Shown here: piece after piece, positions 1 to 8,108 of the stretch | How positions within the stretch are numbered: position 1 is the first letter of the stretch | Layout of the letters: each line of letters starts with the position of its first letter | NCBI GenBank assembly: GCA_030141605.1 | Contig: JAQGDQ010002218.1 | Span: forward strand, 1 to 8,108 | Length of the DNA: 8,108 bases | Direction of reading: 5' to 3' | Source: Tubiluchus corallicola | Lineage: Eukaryota; Animalia; Priapulida | Made by a program: the position numbers and the translations under genes | The notes under the pieces: generated by a model | The model's input: the letters and a program-made list of their open reading frames with translations, nothing else | Told to the model about the DNA's origin: nothing | Databases searched by the model: none

Positions 1-348
1 TTTCTGATTCACAAACAGTAACATTGAACAACTAAAAAATTTGCCAAATAAACAAATATGAGAAAAAAATTAAAATTACAGAAATCTTAATTGTCAAAAA
101 AGTCAACCAACCCATAACATGCATTAAACATGCTAGTACAACAAATTAAAAAAATCATATTTTCAAATTCAATCTGATGACTTTATCCAAGAGTTTGAGT
201 AGTTAGTACAGGTATCACATTCTTTTTACACATGCATGATGTACAAAATAAAAAAAACAAATAAACAAAGAGTCAGAGTAACACCTTTTAAACAATATTT
301 GTGACTTTACTAAACAGTGTGAAAACAAATAAAAACACAAATGCACAC

Positions 349-578
349 CTTTGTCGTGAAGTCGGCCATTCTGAAATGGTTGACCACCTGATGTCGCTGT
401 AACTGATTGTAGGACAGCAAGTCCCGTCGGCAGGTCCAGATGAACGATGGGGTTATGCCACGCACCAAGCGAGACATGATCTGCTGATGCTGAGCAACCT
501 CCGCTTCACTTGTCGTCTCCCTAGTTTTGCAGGGAGAGAGAGATGGTGATCCTGTCTTTGCCTCCGGAAGCTCTGGTT
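349..578 (-). CDS. TTLL3: TTLL3/TTLL8-family tubulin glycylase, internal exon (230 nt); gene continues left of the window
   Basis: Acceptor gtttctatttcag at 579 (phase 1, compatible with the previous exon), donor AAG|GTGTGC at 348. Peptide IMSRLVRGITPSFIWTCRRDLLSYNQLQRHQVVNHFRMADFTTK matches the recalled TTLL3/8 block MSRxVxNExPYFIWTxRRD...QMINHY...FTTK. Confidence 0.9.
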
Positions 579-1103
579 CTGAAATAGAAACAGCGGATAG
601 CAATTGAATGTGATTACAATACATTGATGGTTCAAAGGATATTAGATAAAGGTATGCAGCACACAAATGCAGGCATTTTATTGATACCATTTTTTGCAAA
701 CATATTTCTTTATTATCAGAATTGAAAATGAAGCTCTAATACTTAAATATTCTACTGGCTGGCAAGAAGAAATGGGAAAACAGATTAATAAAACTGGACA
801 TACATTTTTTCTGGATTAAACTGCAGGTAGGACCTTAACTGGGCTGGTGTTAGCATTATTAGAATACAATTTTAACTTAGATTTAATATTTATAAGGCAA
901 TGAAAAGTTGTTCTTAAGCTTATCAAAATGCATAGTACCTTCGTATATCTATAATAATTTATGAATGTCAAAATTAGAAAATTAAATCAACTGAAACTGT
1001 TTTAAATTTTTCTTAATTTCAATTAAAAACCATCCAAAATAAATATCTGGCCAACCTATAAAGTTAGTTATCTAAACATACTTATGTAATGTGGTTAAAA
1101 TAC

Positions 1104-1272
1104 CAGATATGATTCCATCCACTAAATTGGTGTGCAAAAATTCTTCATTGGAGAGTTGTGTGGAGGACAGTTTTGAGTGCGACCACTTGTAACATTTCTC
1201 CACCCAGCCACGCTTTCTCATACATGCCCGCACAGTCGGGTACCCACCAATGACGGCAAAAACCTTGTCATT
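1104..1272 (-). CDS. TTLL3: TTLL3/TTLL8-family tubulin glycylase, internal exon (169 nt; not in ORF track)
   Basis: Acceptor tttttctttgttag at 1273, donor G|GTATTT at 1103. Manual translation NDKVFAVIGGYPTVRACMRKRGWVEKCYKWSHSKLSSTQLSNEEFLHTNLVDGIIS matches the recalled TTLL3/8 motif KIFxIxGxYPxIRxxLRRRGWVEK. Phase 0 in, phase 1 out. Confidence 0.88.
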
Positions 1273-1325
1273 CTAACAAAGAAAAACATTAGTGGAAAAA
1301 CTGAATAGCCAGCGAGTAAGATCAT

Positions 1326-1392
1326 CACACACACACGCACGCACGCACGCACACGCACACTCACGCACACACACACAAACACCCGCACACGC

Positions 1393-1431
<39 letters not shown>
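1326..1431. repeat. Compound (CA)n/(CACG)n microsatellite, intronic
   Basis: Directly visible: mixed CA/CACG/CACACG units followed by a pure CA run at about 1398-1431. Confidence 0.97.
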
Positions 1432-1434
<3 letters not shown>

Positions 1435-2030
1435 GTATGTATTACGATGACACATTAAATGTTTTGTAATTAGTCATTACATAAAGAAAGACAGAATTGA
1501 TTTTTAAATATTGTAAATAGGCCTACTGCATGGTGCTGTCTAATGTGGACAGTAACTTGTAAAGCTATCATGCATATTCTGTAAATTAGTTAAACTGCAA
1601 AACAAAGCAAAAGTAATTTACAGCTGTTAAGTAGAATTTGAGTAAGTATGTGAATTTTTATGCACTGTTGTATCTAAAAGGGTGTGCACTTTACTGGTTA
1701 GTTGTGTATCCATGCTATACATACGTATTGCTATTTCAATTGTGGTTATTTTATTAATGGATGATTTCTTCACTGCTAATTTGTAATTCTGAGTAGCCGA
1801 AGTATTTCTTTACAATTACTAATTCTATATTTATATTTATGGCTGACACATTTTTTGGTGATGATGGGCTAAGTAAAATATTGAAATGTTCAAAGTGACC
1901 AATGCTAATCTGCAACAAAACGATGGTACTCTTAGTGGCTTTTGTAGCTGTTTTAGATCTTTCAGGAAAGTAGTTGTCAATTACAGCCTTGAGCACTCAG
2001 TAACATCAAATGCTTAAGATTTTGCTTTAC

Positions 2031-2243
2031 CTTAATTGCGTACTCTACGGCTGTTTTAGCATAAGCCATAGTGCCCGTGTTATACGTAACTGCACGTACA
2101 CACACTCTCCTGGACGTCGAGCGCCTCTTGTGAGCAACATCTGTGTTGTTGACGGTCTTTGGGCTGACTTGTCCTTCTGCCATGACACCGAATGGAGCAT
2201 GCTCGTGGTTGGTTAAAGCAACACTGCCACTTGCTGTTGCCAT
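2031..2243 (-). CDS. TTLL3: TTLL3/TTLL8-family tubulin glycylase, first coding exon
   Basis: ATG at 2243 in GCCATGG context, with an in-frame TAG upstream at 2258-2256. Peptide ends ...MAYAKTAVEYAIK, resembling the recalled TTLL3 motif AKxxVExAVK. Donor AAG|GTAAAG at 2030, phase 0, matches the next exon. A second possible start is at 2183 (GTCATGG). The exon probably extends as UTR to the acceptor at 2306. Confidence 0.75.
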
Positions 2244-2249
2244 GGCAAC
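2236..2249. promoter_or_regulatory. Perfect palindromic RFX X-box GTTGCCATGGCAAC
   Basis: Exact 14-bp consensus seen in the sequence at the 5' end of a ciliary-type gene. RFX control of ciliary genes through X-boxes is established; binding at this site is inferred. Confidence 0.75.
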
Positions 2250-2255
2250 CCTACC

Positions 2256-2291
2256 CTACCTGGTGAAAATCAGTCTGGATGAGGCCACCAT
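2256..2291 (-). other. In-frame uORF MVASSRLIFTR*
   Basis: ATG at 2291 (ATCATGG), TAG at 2258-2256. Same frame as the TTLL CDS, ending 12 nt before the ATG at 2243. Lies downstream of the acceptor ttatttatttttcag at 2306. Confidence 0.45.
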
Positions 2292-3451
2292 GATCGCCTT
2301 ATCGCCTGAAAAATAAATAACGAAAAACCGAATATGAAGGTTTATGAACGTTTAAAGCTGAATCATGGAATATTTAAATTCAGTTGAAATCAAGGTTTGT
2401 TTCTGTCCCACTGGTTAGCAGTAATGCTCTACACTATTATATATTATATGTATAATTATAAATTATCATATAGTCTCTGTACGGTATGAAGAATTGAATT
2501 GTCGTATGTTCTGATAATTATGGTATAATCGGCTACACTACACGGACGTTAATATGATAATTTGACAAAAAATACGATGATTTCTCGCCTCCAATACGAT
2601 AATCAGCATCATACAAAATAGCAACTCTGGCCCGGTCTGAGAGCTAGCTATAGAAAAACATGGCTGAGCCCTCGTCAAAGCAATGATGTTAAAATAATTG
2701 TTGGGTTTTATATATGAAATTAAAAAATACTTTTACATTATTGCGCCAGGTAAGTACATAAACTCGCAAAAAAAATTCCCAGCCCGTTGTGCTTATAGCG
2801 CAAATTTGCCTAGGTGATTAGACGGAAACAGTATTTCTATTGTCAGTGCAAGAAATGAAACATATTTGCAAAATTTGCAAAGAAGGCACTAGTTCACTAG
2901 TTGAAACAAACAACAATAGAAGAATTGTTAAAACGTGTAATATATAGTGCATAATAGTGATTTCTATGTATATAAACACGTGCTGATTATGCAAAATAAA
3001 CTATTGTAAGCCAAATAAGTAGCGACTTTCGTTGGAAGCTGTAGTCACAAAATCTGAAATGATGAGTCCATTACAAATGCAACATCATTGAAAATATATA
3101 ACAGTTTCTGGACTTATCACTCGCTATTCAAGCCATCTAAACTTTTGCTCATGGCATAGTATTTTAGCAAACTTTAAATGGAGTAATGCAGAGAAGTAAT
3201 ATAACTAGCACGCAACATTTTGTATGAAGTCAAAATTCTACAGTACTCTTCAAGGAAAAAAGATAGACTACTGGAATTGATCCAGCCCACAATATACAAT
3301 TAAAAACGAGCTAGCATTACCAACAGTGGCATGGTTTTGAGCTGTTCTACATTTTCTCAGGTGAAAATCACTAAGTCAGAATGCCCAGTTACTCTGATGT
3401 CATTTTGTTTAGTGCAACTACTTGTAAATGAAACTTCTTCATTTCGTAGAA

Positions 3452-3515
3452 TTATTTCTCTGTATTTTTCTGGTTGCTCGTTTGTACTAGTTCTAACAAA
3501 ATTTTTGGTGGAACC
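3452..3515 (-). CDS. Probable last coding exon of the same unidentified gene
   Basis: Acceptor cgtttttacag at 3516. A phase-2 join to the 46-nt exon gives ...HDATKLVPPKILLELVQTSNQKNTEK* with TAA at 3454-3452. No homolog recognised. Confidence 0.45.
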
Positions 3516-4037
3516 CTGTAAAAACGTGGCCTCTGTGCCAAACTATGCCTAAGAGACCCTACACAGAATCAGCTTTCAAAACACCCAGTGCGCCACCACA
3601 CAGTTTTGTTTTCTACAATACAAATTATACTTTTTTGAAAACAAATACATAGATATGCACACATACATCACATTCACAAACATGTTCTAGTAAACATCAA
3701 GTAGGCCTAAATTAAGAGGAAATATAATAAAGAAATACAGACAAAGTAGTATTTACTAAATGCTGCTGACAAATGATACGTTTTACAAGTATGCACATCA
3801 TTTCTTTGAAGTTTAATTCAAGAAAATTAAAAAACCAAAAATCTCATATTGTATAATAACTAAACTCATTCATGCTGGAGGTAAAAGTGAAGGATACCAT
3901 CATGATTTTGGCATTTTGTAAGTAATCTTTAGACTACATATTAATTTACATAATTAAGATAAACAAGTTTCTCATACCAAGGTGAGACCGCCAAGACTTG
4001 ACAACTTTGCTTTTAACATCCACAATGAATTACTTAC

Positions 4038-4083
4038 AATTTAGTAGCATCATGATTAAAGAGACAGAGACCCAACACTAAAC
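4038..4083 (-). CDS. 46-nt internal exon of an unidentified upstream gene
   Basis: Strong acceptor tgtgtgtttctttcacag at 4084 and donor GTAAGT at 4037. Only one of three frames is open: xLVLGLCLFNHDATK (phase 1 in, phase 2 out). Confidence 0.55.
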
Positions 4084-4699
4084 CTGTGAAAGAAACACAC
4101 ACTTAACTAAAATTATTTGTACTGCACTGAAGATATTATTGAAACCAATGTTAGGCAAGTCATCACGATTATAAAAGATGTTTTTTAACACATCATAAAT
4201 GAACATATGAGCAACGATAGCCTACATACTAACACCAAACCATGACTGCAGTTAATACACATAACACAACTTTTTTATTAGGCAGCTGACATGATCACAA
4301 CATACACAGAAATATTGTTCGTTTTGACTTGACAAGTTCACTAGTTTTTATGTGGATAAGTATGTTTATGATCCTACATGGCATTGCATCAAATGATTAA
4401 AATTTTAAATTAACAGTTTATTCACAATCGTCTTGAACCAGCCATGTACATATTACAACTAATCCCCTAGAACCAATAAAACTCCCGCCTTCAAAAACGC
4501 GGACTGATTCCACACTAAATAGTCCTTATACCAACAATAATACGGTAACTAGGACCTCGATTAGTGTCCGATACCCCTACTAAACTCACTATGATCATGC
4601 AAGTGCAAACAACTTGCGAAAAATACCACAATCCTGGTACAGATTATACGAAACAAGACATCATTGATAAATCTTTAGAGGTGACATAAACATCGCACA

Positions 4700-5024
4700 A
4701 TCTACTATCTTTCTTCCTACTATTTCCACGAACACATCCTTCTACCCTTCCTGTGTGGTCTAGCCTTTCTCCCTGCCCTGTTCTTTTTTTGTTCACTAAT
4801 CCATTCCTTTTTTACCTGGTTCACATGACAGTTAGCTTATACAAGCCTTTGCTTCGCTAGCTCACTGCAGTACAACTATTCTTTTATGATAACGATAATG
4901 CATGAAACATAATAATTTAATACAGTATGAAGCAATAATTTTGATGTCACTATGTATTTAACGTCATTATATTGTACTGAATGTGATAATAATAAAAACT
5001 TCAAAAAAACTTCAAACTTCAAAA
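4700..5024 (+). mobile_element. Probable 5'-truncated LINE 3' end (CR1/L2-group-like); 5' boundary uncertain
   Basis: Pyrimidine-rich tract, then a stem-loop at 4830-4862 (AGTTAGC...AAGC-cttt-GCTT...GCTAGCT), then AATAAA at 4991-4996 immediately followed by three AAACTTC units. Short tandem-repeat tails are typical of this group. No TSD found. Confidence 0.45.
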
Positions 5025-6042
5025 TTAGGATATCGTTCGTGCCAAGGACATCATGACTGCTTGCTAACTGCTAACATTCAACAAGTTGCTACACATCATG
5101 CAGATAGAAGTGGTGTCATCAGTACAAATTATTCTAGATAACGAGCAGTGAGCGTTTGGTAAAAAATTATTCGGTATATTAGTACGGTATATACACAGAC
5201 AGTTTATTACTTTTTCTGCAAAACTGTCCAAAAGTTAACAAATTTTGAAATAAGCTTTTACCCAGCTTAGTAGGCTTACCAAAAAGCTCGTACACGTTAA
5301 GTTTCTAGTTTCAACTTTCAATCAAGAAACTGAAGAAAGTTGGAAACTGACGACTGACGAGTGATTGTGTGTTTCCAACGCAACAGTGTCCGGGTGTAAC
5401 TAAAGCCTTCCAAAGTGATTTTGAACTCGGACCATGACTAAGCAGCAGTAAGACTAGAAGTAAAAATGAAACAAGAAAAGTAACAACAAAACTCAACAAT
5501 AACAAACAATATATTTCGTTAGTTTATTCGCGTTTTATTTTAAAAGGAAAGTTTTCCCTAAAAGTAACTGATCAGTGGCGCTAATGGCGGGCAGTTCAAA
5601 ACAAATTTGCTCGCAGATAAATTCATAAATATTTCAAGTTACTTCTGGTTATAGACTAATAAACTCTAAAATATTAACGTATAAACATCAACCTCAATCA
5701 TTTTTGTGAATATAAAGGCTACCAAATACGTTGGAACGAGAAACATCGTATCTCCTATGCTGTACGAACATTGGTGCGAACTCGTAAACTCGAAGAAAAC
5801 TTCGACATTCAGCCGTCAATCGATTCCCCGTACTGCTGCTGAGGCGGAAGTTTCAAAACGCTAGCTCTCTTCGAAAAACTACGAATCGGATGTTTTAGAT
5901 GAAATATTTGTCGGAGAACGTGAAGCAAAGACCATGAGGTATGAAAACTTACTTTAGATTTGGATTAAAACCATGAGATGGTAAATACCCGTAAAAGTCA
6001 CATAAAGAGCATACAGCTACAGATAGTAACACTGTAAGTAAT

Positions 6043-7083
6043 ATGGCCTCATCTAATAGCAGCTTAAACGAGGATACAGCACAGGCACTCCTTTCCGCTT
6101 TTGAAAAACGACTGACAGTAATGGAGGAACGATTGGGTAAGAGGATTTATGACAATTCTGCATCAATAGATTCAAAACTTACAGAAGTAAACAAACGAAT
6201 AGGTGAACTTGTGAAAAGCCAGGAATTCATTTCAAAACAATATGAAGATCTGCAAGAACAGAATAAGCAAAATGAGGAAAGAATGAGAAACCTAGAAGAG
6301 GAAAACAAAATACTGAAATGTACAATAAAATAAGCAAACTAGAAAAAAAATAACTGCATATGAAAAATCTGTGAATGACCTTGAACAATACGAGAGGCGT
6401 GACATGCTAGAAATTACAGGTATCCCTTTTATTGAGCATCAGTCTACTAACACCATTGTCAAAAGGCTTTGCGATGTCATTGGTATACACATAGCTCCTG
6501 AAGCTATTGCTACTTCGCATCGATTGCAAAAGACAAGATCTGGTAGCACACCAGCAATTATCGTCAAGTTCGTACGACGCGACATCCGTGACAAAGTATA
6601 CGCAAACAAATCAACTCTGCTCATGACCCAGGCTTTTCAACAGTATGCAAAATTTATATAAATGAAAACCTAACAAAGCAAAATAGATCCTTACTACAAG
6701 GCCGTAGTCGGCGGTCCGGCCATGGCCGGACCACTTTTTCTGCCATACGTGCCTAGACACCTCCCCTTCATTATTTATATTATAACTCTGTATTATAAAT
6801 TATAATATACTCTTCTATATGTTGCTGCTGTATTCTTCTTCTACCTGTTCCGTATCTGTGGCCGGACCACTTTTCAAAAGCCGACTACGGCCCTGTACTA
6901 TACCATGCACGACAGTGCAAAAAGCAATTGCGGTACAAATATGTATGGTCTCGATATGGTCGCATCTTTTTAAAGAGGTCAGACTCAGATGATTCTGAAG
7001 CAGTACCAGTTGACTCTCTTCAAGTTCTGCTGGGAATGGGATATAACCCAGCAATGACATCGCAGACCAATTCTCATCTTTAA
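6043..7083 (+). pseudogene. LINE ORF1p (coiled coil + L1/Transposase_22-type RRM + CTD), disrupted
   Basis: Heptad-rich segment (SQEFISKQYEDL...LEEENKILK); frameshift in A-runs at 6327-6350; NDLEQYERRDMLEITGIP...SHRL...PAIIVKFVRRDIRD; frameshift near 6605-6620; KIYINENLTKQNRSLL, then the MITE, then YHARQCKKQLRYKYVWSRYGRIFLKR...* (TAA at 7081-7083). The original start may be ATG 5978 (MVNTRK), lost by a further frameshift. Confidence 0.85.
6697..6895. mobile_element. 199-bp MITE (non-autonomous DNA transposon, hAT-like termini) inserted in LINE ORF1
   Basis: TIRs CAAGGCCGTAGTCGGC (6697-6712) and GCCGACTACGGCCCTG (6880-6895), 15/16 complementary. Flanked by TACTA at 6692-6696 and 6896-6900. 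AT-rich core. Removing it restores the ORF1 motif. Confidence 0.93.
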
Positions 7084-7115
7084 CCTTAATGTTGCACTTT
7101 TTACTTATTTAATAT

Positions 7116-8108
7116 ATGGCATCTTACCCATGTACAGTCTGCTCTAATGTCTCTAGGTCGAATCAGAATGCCATTTATTGTGACAACTGTCAGAATTGGT
7201 GCCATCTGAAGTGCACATGCCTATCATTACAACAGTTTCAAAATTTAGCTAATTCTAGTGATACATACTTTTGCTTGCCTTGCATTAATTCGATATTACC
7301 ACTTCAGATGGCAGACGATGATGACTTTTATGATTTTGTCCATTTTAGTTACTGCAATAGTGAAATTGAACAATTACTGTCACTCAATTGTACGGCTAGT
7401 TTGTCCTCGTTTAATAATGATGATGATAAAGATCCCGACATTAATCATAATACGCTGTATGATAGCAAATACTACAAACTCGCCACGCTACAGTCATCGG
7501 CCTTTTTGCACAACAATGATAAGGATTTTAGCTTCATACATATTAATCCCAATAACCTTCACAAACACTATCATGACATAACAGATGTGCTTCAGCATTT
7601 TAAGAGGCCACCCGACATAATAGCGGTGTCGGAGATTCGACTTAATGATAAAAATACTTCATACTTTTTTAAATACTGATTCTAATACAAGAGCAGGTGG
7701 GGTTGGACTTTATGTATCTAATCAGCTAAATTATGCTAAAATCACAAAATACTCTATCCAAAATGCTAATTCAGCTCTTGCTTTGCAATCCGACATGCAG
7801 TGCGAAGATCTCTGGACACAGATAGAAACTAATATGCATTCTAAGCATATTATCTTTGGTGTTGTTTACCGTCATCCAAATACTAACATTAATCACTTTC
7901 ATGAGGCAATGGATAACATTATGTCCGATATTAATAAAACTGGCAAGATTAGTTATGTATGCGGTGATTTCAATCTTAACCTGCTTCACCATGAAACTAA
8001 ATCATATATATCCGAATATCTCAATATGGTATTCGGCATTCAATTCACACCCATTATAACATGACCAACGAGACTTACTCATACATCCAAAACACTTATA
8101 GATCACAT
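7116..8108 (+). pseudogene. LINE ORF2p N-terminus: PHD finger + apurinic-like endonuclease, disrupted and truncated by the window
   Basis: C4HC3 at residues C6, C9, C22, C25, H30, C33, C53, C56 (7131-7283). APE motifs FIHIN, DIIAVSE, GGVGLYV, GVVYRHP, CGDFNLNLL and PTRLT...TLIDH. Frameshift or deletion near 7660-7672 and a premature TGA at 8062-8064. Confidence 0.9.

Larger units (their letters stand above)
5300..8108 (+). mobile_element. Decayed non-LTR retrotransposon, CR1/L2 group (Crack/Daphne/L2-like), 5' portion; 5' boundary approximate
   Basis: CpG-containing leader, then ORF1, a 32-nt spacer (7084-7115), and ORF2 with PHD and APE domains. The RT domain would lie beyond the window, so the clade cannot be fixed. 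Confidence 0.85.

Noticed and set aside
310-699. 129-aa ORF as a standalone gene
   Set aside because: Only 578-349 is exon, bounded by splice sites and homology. The rest is intron read-through.
688-760. Candidate extra minus-strand exon after ttttcccatttcttcttgccag
   Set aside because: I found no stop-free phase 1-to-1 configuration, and the flanking exons already join in phase.
1076-1082. Alternative donor AA|GTATGT for the RGWVEK exon
   Set aside because: It gives phase 2, which is incompatible with the phase-1 acceptor at 579.
1218-1455. Cys/Val-repeat ORFs
   Set aside because: Translations of the TG microsatellite. The real exon uses another frame.
1754-2216. ORFs 1754-1996(-) and 2010-2216(+)
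   Set aside because: The first is intronic and the second is an antisense shadow of a real exon. Neither has recognisable motifs.
2536-2960. CACTA start with downstream TAGTG as a possible CACTA element
   Set aside because: Complementarity does not extend meaningfully beyond the terminal few bases and I found no convincing TSD.
2262-3370. Shared 11-mer GGTGAAAATCA near 2262 and 3360, and small tandem duplications near 2865-2902
   Set aside because: Short enough to arise by chance in AT-rich DNA. No array structure, so not CRISPR-like.
3331-3552. Plus-strand 73-aa ORF, and a minus-strand phase-0 frame with one TGA suggesting recoding
   Set aside because: No homology and no SECIS evidence. 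The phase-2 reading fits the upstream exon better.
5371-5384. X-box-like GTTTCCAACGCAAC
   Set aside because: Mismatches in the core, located in the probable LINE leader, and far from the ciliary gene.
5311-5505. Signal-peptide-like hydrophobic ORF
   Set aside because: Non-ATG start, and the hydrophobicity arises from reading an A-rich tract antisense within the LINE leader.
6439-8059. ORFs 6439-6624, 6815-7060, 7258-7581, 7771-7992 and 7856-8059
   Set aside because: Antisense or alternate-frame shadows of LINE ORF1/ORF2.

Overview
AT-rich eukaryotic genomic DNA, probably from an invertebrate animal, with GT-AG introns. The left half holds three phase-compatible minus-strand coding exons (2243-2031, 1272-1104, 578-349) encoding the N-terminal part of a TTLL3/TTLL8-family tubulin glycylase; the gene continues off the left edge. 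Its apparent start codon sits at the centre of a perfect palindromic RFX X-box (GTTGCCATGGCAAC), downstream of an in-frame uORF and a splice acceptor with no obvious partner. Further upstream on the same strand are two phase-compatible exons (4083-4038, 3515-3452) that look like the end of an unidentified gene; the ORF track missed them. The right half is plus-strand transposon sequence: a probable LINE 3' remnant (about 4700-5024) and a decayed CR1/L2-group LINE (L1-type coiled-coil/RRM ORF1; ORF2 with an N-terminal PHD finger then AP endonuclease, running off the right edge). A 199-bp MITE with 16-bp TIRs and an apparent 5-bp TSD interrupts ORF1. I cannot support a wholly new biological system here. 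The best leads are the X-box/ATG overlap, possible readthrough or operon-like coupling of the two genes, and the MITE's atypical TSD. All family assignments come from recalled motifs, not database searches.
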